Assembly: GCA_041287335.1 (NCBI GenBank)
Contig: JBEULM010000047.1
Coordinates: forward strand, 23,445 to 87,444
DNA length: 64,000 bases
Origin: Hydrogenobacter sp.
GTDB taxonomy: Bacteria; Aquificota; Aquificia; Aquificales; Aquificaceae
Reading direction: 5' to 3'
Position numbers and translations under genes: made by a program. Shown piece by piece: positions 48,513 to 59,157 of this stretch. The notes below the pieces were generated by a model. That model was given only the letters and a program-made list of their open reading frames with translations. It was not told the DNA's origin and did no database searches. Numbering within the stretch: position 1 is the stretch's first letter; every line of letters begins with the position of its first letter.

Positions 48513-50612
48513 ATGCACACAACTATTGGGAAGGTCAAAGTTGAAAGGCTTTTGGGGTTTTTTGAGGGAGAGGATAAAGAAAGTGTAAAGAAAGCCATAG
48601 AGTTTATAGAAGAAAGGCACGAAAATCAGGTAAGGGCTTCAGGAGAACCTTATATTACGCACCCTATAGAAGTAGCGCTAACGCTTGCACAAATGGGTCT
48701 TGACAGGGATACGGTTATTGCAGGTCTCCTTCACGATGTATTAGAGGATACTCAGACTGCTTATGAGGAGCTAAAAGGGAAGTTTGGTGAAGAAGTAGCG
48801 ACTATAGTTCAAGGTGTTACCAAACTTGGGAAATTCGTTTTTAAGGATATAGAGTGGCAGAAGGCTGAAAATTACAGAAAACTCCTTTTAGCAACAGCAA
48901 AAGATTTGAGAGTCATATTGGTCAAACTTGCTGATAGGTTGCATAATATGAAAACACTTGGGTATCTCAAAAAAGACAAACAGATAAGGATAGCGAAGGA
49001 AACACTTGAGATATACGTACCTATAGCGAACAGATTGGGTGTTTGGAAAATAAAGACTGAGCTTGAGGATCTGTGTTTTATGTACCTTTATCCTTCCGAG
49101 TATGAGAAAGTGAGGAACTTTGTAGGTGAGAGCAAAAGGGAACTGGAGGATTACTTAAGGAGGAGTTTTATACCAAAGCTGAGAGAAGCACTCAAGCGCT
49201 CAAACATCAACGCATATATAACGTACAGACCTAAGCACCTTTACGGTATATGGCAGAAGACGGTGAGAAAGGGCATAAAGTTGGAGGACGTTCACGATAT
49301 ACTGGGTGTAAGGGTTATATTAGATACGCCTCAGGAGTGTTATCTTGTGCTTGGCATAATACACAGCACTTTCAAACCGGTACCGGGCAAGTTTGATGAC
49401 TATATATCCCTTCCCAAACCCAACCTTTACCAATCTCTGCATACTGCGGTGATAGGTCCTAAAGGTAGGATGGTGGAGGTGCAGATTCGCACCTGGGAGA
49501 TGCACGAAAGAGCTGAGAAAGGTATAGCGGCTCACTGGGCATATAAGGAAGGCAAGATCCTGAAAGAAAACAGCGTCTATGCTTGGCTCAAAAGCTTAGT
49601 GGAAAGCATACAAGGTAGCAAAAATCCGCAGGAACTTATAGAAAATATGAAGATGGAGCTTTTCTCCGAAGAAGTCTTTGTGTTCACACCTAAGGGGGAT
49701 CTAATGGTGCTTCCAAAAGGCGCAACACCTGTGGATTTTGCATACCAGATACATACGGATATAGGAAATCACTGCGCTGGTGCGAAAATAAACGGCAGAA
49801 TAGTGTCTCTAAACTACAAACTCCAAAACGGTGATATGGTGGAGATAATCACAAATCCCGGCAAAACTCCAAATCCCGAATGGCTCAAATTCGTCGTAAC
49901 ATCAAAGGCTAAAAACAGGATAAAGGCTTATCTGAAAGAGTTAGAGAAGGAGAGGTATCTCCAAGAAGGAAGACAAGTCGTTGAAAAGCTTGCTACGAAG
50001 TTGGACCTCTCAAAGGAAGCTATCCTTGAAAGATTACTTCATGAGCTGAATCTAAAAAGTGAGGAGGAAGCCTTTGTAGCTGTAGGTAGTGGTAAGATAA
50101 GCAAGGAGAAAATATACTCCCTCTTTCAACAGAAAGTTAAAGAGAAACAAAAAGAAGAAAAAGGAGAAGACCTCCTTATTATAGACGGTTTGGGAAGCGT
50201 GCTACACTCTTTTGGAGAATGCTGTCTTCCCTTGCCAGGAGAGGAAGTTTACGGTGTGGTAACCAAGGGAAGGGGTGTAGTGGTACATTCCAAACTATGT
50301 CCTAACCTTCGCTATATACAGAGAAACCTCCCGGACAAAGTAATCTCCGTACTTTGGAAGGTGTCTGGAGGAAAGCATCCCGTAAGGCTCAGGATTGTAG
50401 TAAAGGATAGGCTTGGTGTACTTGCAGAGATCACATCAAGTATGTCCAAAATGGGGGCTAACATACTTGAGGCGAAAACCAAAAGCGTAGCCACGGGTAT
50501 GGCTTTCATGGAGTTTTTGGTGCAGGTGAGCAATTATGCGGAATTTTTGAGGCTTTCTGAAGCTATTAGATCCGTGGAGGGAGTAGAAGTCTGTGAGAGG
50601 CTCTTTACCTGA
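48513..50612 (+). CDS. relA: Bifunctional (p)ppGpp synthetase/hydrolase
   Basis: RASGEPYITHP, LHDVLED, KLADRLHNM, YQSLHT, EVQIRT, TGS and ACT domains. Confidence 0.95.
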   Translation: MHTTIGKVKVERLLGFFEGEDKESVKKAIEFIEERHENQVRASGEPYITHPIEVALTLAQMGLDRDTVIAGLLHDVLEDTQTAYEELKGKFGEEVATIVQGVTKLGKFVFKDIEWQKAENYRKLLLATAKDLRVILVKLADRLHNMKTLGYLKKDKQIRIAKETLEIYVPIANRLGVWKIKTELEDLCFMYLYPSEYEKVRNFVGESKRELEDYLRRSFIPKLREALKRSNINAYITYRPKHLYGIWQKTVRKGIKLEDVHDILGVRVILDTPQECYLVLGIIHSTFKPVPGKFDDYISLPKPNLYQSLHTAVIGPKGRMVEVQIRTWEMHERAEKGIAAHWAYKEGKILKENSVYAWLKSLVESIQGSKNPQELIENMKMELFSEEVFVFTPKGDLMVLPKGATPVDFAYQIHTDIGNHCAGAKINGRIVSLNYKLQNGDMVEIITNPGKTPNPEWLKFVVTSKAKNRIKAYLKELEKERYLQEGRQVVEKLATKLDLSKEAILERLLHELNLKSEEEAFVAVGSGKISKEKIYSLFQQKVKEKQKEEKGEDLLIIDGLGSVLHSFGECCLPLPGEEVYGVVTKGRGVVVHSKLCPNLRYIQRNLPDKVISVLWKVSGGKHPVRLRIVVKDRLGVLAEITSSMSKMGANILEAKTKSVATGMAFMEFLVQVSNYAEFLRLSEAIRSVEGVEVCERLFT

Positions 50613-50627
50613 GTTAATATATTCTTC

Positions 50628-51926
50628 ATGCTGGATATTCTTATAAAAGGGGCTTTACTGCCTGAAAAGGGAATTCTTGATATAGCTATAAAAGATGGTG
50701 CAATTATCTGCATAGGCGAGAACATACAAGAGACTGCCAAACACGTAATAAATGCTAAGGGTAAAATAGCCATTCCGTCTTTTGCTAACATGCACACACA
50801 CATATCCATGAGTCTCCTGCGCGGTATAGGAGCAGATCTCGCGCTTATGGATTGGCTTCAGAAAGTTATATGGGTACTTGAAGGTGAGTTTGTATCGCCG
50901 GAGTTCGTCAGGGATGGTGCGTTGCTGGGTATAGCCGAAAGCATTATGTCCGGTAGTACGCTCCTGATGGACATGTACTTTTTTGAAGAAGCTGTCGCAC
51001 AGGTGGCTACAAAAGCGGGTATAAGGGTAGGTTTGGGATTCGGTATTCTTGATTTTCCTACGAAAGTGGCATCTACTATCGATGAGTACATAAAAAGGGC
51101 TGAGGGGTTTATCAAAACATTCAAAGGAGAAAAGCTCGTGTTTCCGGTTTTGTGTCCTCATGCAACTTACACATGCTCGCCATCAACCCTTATAAAAGTA
51201 AAAGAACTTGCAGAGAAGGAGAATGTGCTTATTCATACGCATGTAGCAGAAACAAAATCCGAGGTGGAGAGCATAAAGGAAAAGTATGGGAAAACACCGG
51301 TGAAACATCTTGAATCCTTAGGGTTTTTGTCAGAGAGGGTACTGATGGCACATATGGTTTGGCTTGATGAGGAGGAAAAAGCTATCGTCAGGGACAGAAA
51401 GGCGAAAGTATTACACTGTCCTGAGAGTAATCTCAAGCTCGCCTCGGGTATAGCTCCAGCCTGGGAATACATACGCATGGGGGTGCATGTGTGTTTGGGA
51501 ACGGATGGTCCCGCTTCCAACGATAATCTGGATATGCTTGAAGAAATGTCACTTATGGTCAAGCTACAGAAAGGTTACAGCCTATCAGCAAAAGCCATGG
51601 ATGCAAAAACAGCTCTAAAGGTAGCAACCTACAACGGTTTTTTAGCTTGTGGAATAAGAGCGGGAAAGCTGGAAGAAGGTTATGAAGCTGATATACTGCT
51701 TGTAGATACTGACAAACCACATATGCAACCCCTATATGACCCTGTAGCTCAGATAGTTTACTCGGCAAAGTCATCAGATATAGACACAGTTATATGCAAG
51801 GGCAGGGTTCTTATGGAAGGTAGGGAACTAAAGACTATAGACATGGATGAAGTGAGATACGTTGCAAAAAAGTGGAGGGAAAAGATCACGAGCTTTATGA
51901 TGGGAAAAAATATGTTATATTTTTAG
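50628..51926 (+). CDS. mtaD: 5'-methylthioadenosine/SAH deaminase-like amidohydrolase
   Basis: NMHTH, HTHVAET, HCPESNLKLASG, GTDGPASN. Confidence 0.8.
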   Translation: MLDILIKGALLPEKGILDIAIKDGAIICIGENIQETAKHVINAKGKIAIPSFANMHTHISMSLLRGIGADLALMDWLQKVIWVLEGEFVSPEFVRDGALLGIAESIMSGSTLLMDMYFFEEAVAQVATKAGIRVGLGFGILDFPTKVASTIDEYIKRAEGFIKTFKGEKLVFPVLCPHATYTCSPSTLIKVKELAEKENVLIHTHVAETKSEVESIKEKYGKTPVKHLESLGFLSERVLMAHMVWLDEEEKAIVRDRKAKVLHCPESNLKLASGIAPAWEYIRMGVHVCLGTDGPASNDNLDMLEEMSLMVKLQKGYSLSAKAMDAKTALKVATYNGFLACGIRAGKLEEGYEADILLVDTDKPHMQPLYDPVAQIVYSAKSSDIDTVICKGRVLMEGRELKTIDMDEVRYVAKKWREKITSFMMGKNMLYF

Positions 51927-51950
51927 TGAAATCTTGACAAGGAGAGTATC

Positions 51951-52202
51951 ATGGAAGAACAAATGTACGCTGTTCCCTTCAGTCTTGTAGGTTTTTTCTT
52001 CACAAGCAAGCCTATCGAGCAGAGTATCAGAAGCGATCTCACGCCTGAAGAGATGGAAAAACTTCAGGATATACTCGCCCGCTTCCTCTTTACAGAAGAC
52101 ATAAAGGTAGCGTTGTATCCCTCAGTAGTACCACCCGATCAGGCTGAGGAAGCCCTTGAAGAGCTTGAAGATATGATGTTTGGAGAAGGTGAGGAGGAAT
52201 GA
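51951..52202 (+). CDS. Small acidic hypothetical protein, 83 aa
   Basis: GGAG SD, ATGA overlap with dapB, fills the gap. Confidence 0.7.
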   Translation: MEEQMYAVPFSLVGFFFTSKPIEQSIRSDLTPEEMEKLQDILARFLFTEDIKVALYPSVVPPDQAEEALEELEDMMFGEGEEE

Positions 52203-52999
52203 CAAAGGCTGTACTCTGTGGTGCGCTTGGAAGGATGGGAAGAACCATCCTCAGGCTTTCCCTTGAGTATTCGGATTTTGAAGTAATTGCAGGTGTTGAA
52301 CACCCAGATTGCATAAAAAGTACCGATTTAGGAGAGGCATCAGGGATAACCGAGTTAAAAGGGAAGCCTTTGACTCCAAGGCTTGAGGATGTCATCTCTT
52401 ACTGTGACGTAGTTGTAGAGTTTTCTGGAAATGTGTCTGCGGCAGTTGCTCACACCAGGATCGCATCACTGAGTGGTAAAGGGACAGTTGTGGGAACTAC
52501 GGGTTTTTCCGATCAGGAGCTTGAGGAAATAAGATCATGTTCTGAGAACGCTCCCGTGTTGTTATCACCGAACATGAGCCTGGGTGTAAATCTTCTTTTT
52601 AAACTTGTCGAGATCTCAGCCAAAGCCTTAAAAGACAGAAACTTTGATGTGGAAATCTTGGAATTACATCACAGGTTTAAAAAAGATGCACCAAGCGGTA
52701 CAGCCCTGAAGCTTGCAAGTATACTTTCACAGGCTTTGGGTATTCCATCTTGGGCTATGGTCTTTGGTAGGGAAGGTATAAAGCAAAGAGAAGAGACAGA
52801 AATTGGTGTTATGGCTTTGAGAGGTGGTGACGTGGTAGGAGATCACACCGTTTACTTTCTGGGTTTTGGCGAAAGGATAGAACTTACACACAGGGCAACT
52901 TCAAGGGATACCTTCGCAAAGGGTGCCATAGAGGCATCAAGATGGATAAAAGGCAAACCGCCGGGTTTTTACTCTATGTTTGATGTGCTTGGAATATGA
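52199..52999 (+). CDS. dapB: 4-hydroxy-tetrahydrodipicolinate reductase
   Basis: GALGRMG, GTTG, ELHHRFKKDAPSGTA, RGGDVVGDH. Confidence 0.97.
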   Translation: MTKAVLCGALGRMGRTILRLSLEYSDFEVIAGVEHPDCIKSTDLGEASGITELKGKPLTPRLEDVISYCDVVVEFSGNVSAAVAHTRIASLSGKGTVVGTTGFSDQELEEIRSCSENAPVLLSPNMSLGVNLLFKLVEISAKALKDRNFDVEILELHHRFKKDAPSGTALKLASILSQALGIPSWAMVFGREGIKQREETEIGVMALRGGDVVGDHTVYFLGFGERIELTHRATSRDTFAKGAIEASRWIKGKPPGFYSMFDVLGI

Positions 53000-53412
53000 G
53001 TTTCTATGAAGTAATAGAGGACGTAACTGCCGATGCAGGCATACGTGTGAAGGCAAAAACCCTTCAAGAACTGCTGTGTAAAGTTATACTCGCTACCTTT
53101 AACGAGATCACGAACATAGATAAAGTACAAAGGAGAGAAAGCTACACGATTGAAGTTAGCTCAAAGATGCCTTACTTACTTGCAGACATTATAAACGAAG
53201 CTCTTGTCCTTCATGAAGCTAAGAATTTTGTAGCTTCAGACTGCCAAGTGTTAGAACTTTCCGATGGTCATGCAAAGCTGAAACTCTCAGGCGATAAATT
53301 TGATGCGGAAAAAAATGAGCCTAAGCTTGTTATAAAGGCTGCTACCTATCATAGATTGAAGGTGGAAAAAAACCCTGACGGGTACGTGGCTGAGGTGATC
53401 TTTGACATTTAA
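52996..53412 (+). CDS. Archease
   Basis: YEVIEDVTADAGIRV, VIKAATYH, AEVIFDI. Confidence 0.9.
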   Translation: MSFYEVIEDVTADAGIRVKAKTLQELLCKVILATFNEITNIDKVQRRESYTIEVSSKMPYLLADIINEALVLHEAKNFVASDCQVLELSDGHAKLKLSGDKFDAEKNEPKLVIKAATYHRLKVEKNPDGYVAEVIFDI

Positions 53413-53467
53413 GGACTTTTCTTTTGGTCGTTGATTTCTGACAGACTTTGAAATATTTTTAAATCCC

Positions 53468-55312
53468 ATGTTGGTGGATGAGTTTGATGTAGCTGTCGTA
53501 GGTGGTGGGCATGCAGGTATAGAATCAGCGCTCGCCTGTGCTCGCATGGGAGCAAAAACTGTAATGTTCGTTCTGAATGCAGACAGTATAGGTCAAATGT
53601 CGTGCAATCCTGCCATAGGCGGTATAGCAAAGGGTATAGTAGTTAGGGAGATAGACGCTTTAGGAGGTGAGATGGGGAAAGCTATAGATAGTGTAGGAAT
53701 ACAGTTCAAGATGCTAAACACACGTAAAGGTAAGGCTGTATGGTCTCCCAGAGCGCAAGCGGATAAGAAGTTATATAGAGAATACATGAAGAGAGTTTGT
53801 GAAAATCAGGAGAACCTCTATATAAAACAGGACGAAGTTGTGGATATCATAGTAGAAAAGGACAGGGTTGTTGCTGTTAAAACTAAGCTGGGTCTTGAGT
53901 ATAGAGTTAGGGCTGTGGTAGTGACTACTGGTACTTTCCTGAACGGCACCATATACATAGGCGACAAAACTTTTCCAGCAGGAAGAGCTTGGGAGCCAAG
54001 ATCCGAAGGTCTTTCGGACTTTTACAAAAGGCACGGATTTCCACTATTGAGGTTCAAGACAGGAACACCCGCCAGGCTTGACAGGAGAACCATAGACTTT
54101 TCGGTGCTTGAGATAGCACCCGGTGATGATCCGCCTCCCAAGTTTTCTTTTTGGACAGAGCCTGTAGGTACTTACTGGTTTCCGAAGGGTAAAAAGCAAA
54201 TAAACTGTTGGATCACATACACAACACCAAAAACACACGAGATAATACGCAAAAACCTTCACAGGACAGCCCTTTACGGTGGTCTCATAAAGGGCATAGG
54301 ACCTCGCTACTGCCCGTCCATAGAAGACAAAGTGGTAAAGTTCGGTGATAAAGATAGACATCAGGTTTTTCTTGAACCGGAAGGTTGGGATACCATAGAG
54401 ATCTACCCTAACGGTCTTTCCACATCCCTCCCTGAGGAGATCCAGTGGGAACTCTACAGGAGTATTCCGGGACTTGAAAAGGTGGAGCTTATAAGACCCG
54501 CTTACGCTATTGAGTACGATGTAGTTTCACCTACTGAGCTTTACCCTACGTTAGAAACCAAAAGGATAAGAGGACTTTTTCATGCGGGTAACTTCAACGG
54601 TACAACAGGTTATGAGGAGGCTGCAGGTCAAGGTATACTTGCGGGTATAAATGCAGCACTGAGAGCTTTCGGCAAAGAACCTATATACCTGCGCAGGGAT
54701 GAAAGCTACATAGGTTTAATGGTTGATGATCTCACCACAAAAGGTGTTTTAGAACCATACCGACTTTTCACATCAAGGTCTGAGTGCAGGTTATACCTCA
54801 GACAGGATAATGCCATTTTTAGATTGTCTAAACTTGGCTACGAGCTTGGGCTTTTGAACGTAGATCAATACAAACTCATCAAAGAGCTAAAAAAAGAGGT
54901 AGAAAACTGGATTGAGTTCTACAAAAGCCAGAAGGTGGCCATAGCGGTAGGATCCGACGTAAGAAGTTACAGTCCTACACAGCTACTTACATCAGAACGT
55001 AGCATTGATGATCTCAAAACCTACGGATTTGAAGTACCTCATCATCCATTCGTTAAGGAGGAAGTAGAAATAGAGCTAAGATACGAACCTTATATGGAAA
55101 GGGAAAGAAAGCTTAACGAAAAATTGAAGAAACTTGAAGACGTGAAAATTCCCGAAGAAATAGATTATGACAAAGTACCCGGCATAACTAAGGAAGCTAA
55201 GGAAAAACTAAAACGCTTTAGACCACTAACAGTGGGGCAGGCATCTCGCATAGATGGTATAACACCTGCCACGATAACATCGCTTCTTGCCTTTCTGGGA
55301 AAGTTGGATTGA
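53468..55312 (+). CDS. mnmG: tRNA U34 5-carboxymethylaminomethyl modification enzyme
   Basis: GGGHAG, MSCNPAIGG, RFKTGTPAR, GPRYCPSIEDK, GTTGYEEAA. Confidence 0.98.
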   Translation: MLVDEFDVAVVGGGHAGIESALACARMGAKTVMFVLNADSIGQMSCNPAIGGIAKGIVVREIDALGGEMGKAIDSVGIQFKMLNTRKGKAVWSPRAQADKKLYREYMKRVCENQENLYIKQDEVVDIIVEKDRVVAVKTKLGLEYRVRAVVVTTGTFLNGTIYIGDKTFPAGRAWEPRSEGLSDFYKRHGFPLLRFKTGTPARLDRRTIDFSVLEIAPGDDPPPKFSFWTEPVGTYWFPKGKKQINCWITYTTPKTHEIIRKNLHRTALYGGLIKGIGPRYCPSIEDKVVKFGDKDRHQVFLEPEGWDTIEIYPNGLSTSLPEEIQWELYRSIPGLEKVELIRPAYAIEYDVVSPTELYPTLETKRIRGLFHAGNFNGTTGYEEAAGQGILAGINAALRAFGKEPIYLRRDESYIGLMVDDLTTKGVLEPYRLFTSRSECRLYLRQDNAIFRLSKLGYELGLLNVDQYKLIKELKKEVENWIEFYKSQKVAIAVGSDVRSYSPTQLLTSERSIDDLKTYGFEVPHHPFVKEEVEIELRYEPYMERERKLNEKLKKLEDVKIPEEIDYDKVPGITKEAKEKLKRFRPLTVGQASRIDGITPATITSLLAFLGKLD

Positions 55313-55334
55313 GATGAGCGACGTCAGTGTGTAG

Positions 55335-55350
55335 TTTCTCACTTAGCATA
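55335..55350 (+). repeat. Degenerate solo copy of the IS terminal repeat
   Basis: TTTCTCACTTAGCATA is 15/16 identical to the reverse complement of 44901-44916. Confidence 0.5.
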
Positions 55351-55362
55351 GAATAAAAACTT

Positions 55363-55653
55363 ATGGCTAAGGTAAAGATAAACAAAAAGATCATTGAGAT
55401 CCCTGTAGGTGTCAGGTTCGGTGAACTTCACCACGAGATAGAGAAAGCTGGCGTTGAGTTTGGTTGTACGGATGGTCAGTGCGGTGTGTGCGTTTGCAGT
55501 GTAAAAAAAGGCTTGGAGTATCTGGCTGAACCTTCCGAAGCAGAAGAGGAAACCCTCTGGAGAATAGGCGAGTATGAGGAAAACAGAAGGCTCACTTGCC
55601 AGCTCGTTATAGAGAAAGAACCATCTGATATTATAGAGTTAGAGACAGATTGA
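55363..55653 (+). CDS. fdx: [2Fe-2S] ferredoxin
   Basis: FGCTDGQCGVC...RLTCQ. Confidence 0.92.
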   Translation: MAKVKINKKIIEIPVGVRFGELHHEIEKAGVEFGCTDGQCGVCVCSVKKGLEYLAEPSEAEEETLWRIGEYEENRRLTCQLVIEKEPSDIIELETD

Positions 55654-55655
55654 TA

Positions 55656-55745
55656 CGGAGAGGGCGGGATTCGAACCCGCGGTACGGCGTTTAACCGTAC
55701 ACAGCATTTCCAGTGCTGCGCCTTAGACCACTCGGCCACCTCTCC
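55656..55745 (-). tRNA. tRNA-Ser(GGA), CCA not encoded
   Basis: GGAGAGG/CCTCTCC acceptor, G73 followed by TAT; CAGCA-CTGGAAA-TGCTG; long variable arm. Confidence 0.96.
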
Positions 55746-55770
55746 TCAAGGGAATATTATAATACGGTGG

Positions 55771-57150
<1,380 letters not shown>

Positions 57151-57247
57151 TTACAAAATGGTTTTATAAATATCTTTCTACTTTTCTGGGTTGCAATATG
57201 ATCTTTTTCCGATCTACAATGTTTAAAACCCATCAGGAGGTAATAGT

Positions 57248-58081
57248 ATGAGGGAGTATGTTACTATAATTATAGCTCATCACGAAGGAAAGCCTCCCAA
57301 AACGTTAAGGATTCGCAAAAGCTATCTGAAAGCTTTTGTTGTCTCTGCTGTGAGCTTTTGCCTTTTGTCAGCTTTGTCTTATGCTCTTAACTGGAATTTT
57401 ATCTACGAGAGGGAACAGCTCAAAGCAGAGACCAAAAGACTTCTTGAGGAAAAAGAAAATGTCCTTGCACAGAAGGAAAGACTTACTCAGGAAAGAAGGT
57501 TTATAGCTAAAAAGCTCAGGGACATTGAGACGAAAATGTCTATGGTAGAGGACTATCTTTCAAAAAGAGGAGTATTAGGTAAGCCACTATCCGTAGGTGG
57601 AGTGAGCTACAATTCTCAGGCTTATCAGGATGTCTCTTACATAGAATTCCTTGAGGAAAGAGGAGAATATTTGCTTTCAAAGGTTAGAGGTACACCTTTA
57701 GGATATCCCCTCTTTGGTAGGATCACCTCCCTTATGGGCTGGAGGAAGAATCCCTTCGGAAGGGGTTATGAGTTTCACTCAGGCATTGACATAGAAGCAT
57801 CTACGGGTAGCAGAGTTAGGGCTACTGCAGATGGTGTGGTTGAGTTTGCAGGCAGATACGCAGATTACGGAAAAGCCATTATAATAAAGCATCCTTCGGG
57901 GTATCTAACTCTTTACGGACATCTATCCCAGATCGATGTTAAAGGAGGTCAGAGGGTCAAAGCTGGCGATGTGATAGGAAGGGTGGGATCCACTGGAAGG
58001 AGTACGGGACCACACCTTCATTACGAGGTGATAAAGGATAACAAACCCGTGAATCCTCTTGGCTTTCTTGTCTGGAAATGA
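57248..58081 (+). CDS. M23 family peptidase with TM and coiled coil
   Basis: FHSGID, YGHL, STGPHLHYE. Confidence 0.9.
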   Translation: MREYVTIIIAHHEGKPPKTLRIRKSYLKAFVVSAVSFCLLSALSYALNWNFIYEREQLKAETKRLLEEKENVLAQKERLTQERRFIAKKLRDIETKMSMVEDYLSKRGVLGKPLSVGGVSYNSQAYQDVSYIEFLEERGEYLLSKVRGTPLGYPLFGRITSLMGWRKNPFGRGYEFHSGIDIEASTGSRVRATADGVVEFAGRYADYGKAIIIKHPSGYLTLYGHLSQIDVKGGQRVKAGDVIGRVGSTGRSTGPHLHYEVIKDNKPVNPLGFLVWK

Positions 58082-58106
58082 GTTATAATATTTAAAAGGA
58101 GGTAGT

Positions 58107-59141
58107 ATGGAAAGGAGCTGGAAGGTAGGGACTGTTTATCTCAATGATAAGACGAGAATTGTAGTTATGGGAATAACGGGAAGGGAAGCTTCTCAAGTAG
58201 TTGCAGAATCCGAAGCCTTATATCCCGGCTTTGTAGTGGCAGGTGTAACTCCCGGTAAGGGAGGTTCGGAAGTTGCAGGTGTTCCTGTCTACAATACGGT
58301 AAGCGAGGCTCAAAGGAGACATCCGGAGATAAATACGGGAATAGTTTATGTACCACCGGCTTCTGTAAAGGATGCGGTCATAGAACTTGTGGATGCAGGT
58401 ATAAGGATCATATTCATAATAACGGAGCATGTACCCATAAGAGACACTGTGTATTTTTATCATTACGCAAAAGAGAGGGGAGTGATCATAGTAGGTCCCA
58501 CTTCCCTGGGCTGTATTGTACCGAGGATACCTGCAAGAATAGGAGCTATAGGTGGGAAAGATCCCTCCATAGCTTATGCGGACGGAGGGCTTGTGATCCT
58601 TTCCAAATCTGGTGGTCTTACCACAACAACTGCGGAGATGTTCAAAAGGAGGGGATGGGGTGTTTACATGGCTTTAGCTTTAGGTGGAGACGTAATATCT
58701 TGTACCACATTTGCTGATGCTATACAGAACATTGCGGACGATCCTAATGTAAAAGGTGTCATAATACAGGGAGAGGTGGGAGGATCTTACGAAGAGCAAG
58801 CAGCTGAAACCATACTGAGACTTTGGAAAGAAGGAAGATGGAACAAACCTGTTGCGGCTTTTGTAGCGGGCAGATTTCAGGAAAAAATGGAAGGTGTGTC
58901 TTTTGGACACGCTGGAGCTATAGTGGAAAGGGGTAAGGGCAAAGCTACAGATAAGATAAGGGCTTTCAGCGAAGTGGGAAAGATCACCGGTTTGGTAAAA
59001 GTTGCCGAATTTTACCACGATCTTGTGCATTGCATAGAGGAACTTGGTGTTCCGAGGGATTTTGAAGACACAACTCCAGAGGGAAAAGTCAAACCCCTTT
59101 ACTCTACTATAGATGAAGAGACCTGCAGATTCAAGGCATAG
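58107..59141 (+). CDS. ccsB: SucD-like CoA-ligase alpha subunit, probable citryl-CoA synthetase small subunit
   Basis: GITG, GVTPGKGG, SKSGGLT, phospho-His FGHAGA; no adjacent sucC; divergent from typical SucD. SucD-family call is firm, CcsB call is inference. Confidence 0.65.
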   Translation: MERSWKVGTVYLNDKTRIVVMGITGREASQVVAESEALYPGFVVAGVTPGKGGSEVAGVPVYNTVSEAQRRHPEINTGIVYVPPASVKDAVIELVDAGIRIIFIITEHVPIRDTVYFYHYAKERGVIIVGPTSLGCIVPRIPARIGAIGGKDPSIAYADGGLVILSKSGGLTTTTAEMFKRRGWGVYMALALGGDVISCTTFADAIQNIADDPNVKGVIIQGEVGGSYEEQAAETILRLWKEGRWNKPVAAFVAGRFQEKMEGVSFGHAGAIVERGKGKATDKIRAFSEVGKITGLVKVAEFYHDLVHCIEELGVPRDFEDTTPEGKVKPLYSTIDEETCRFKA

Positions 59142-59157
59142 GCTATAATGCTTTTTG

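Noticed and set aside
55476-55739. 87-aa minus-strand ORF beginning MAEWSKA
   Set aside because: Translation of the tRNA-Ser gene and antisense ferredoxin
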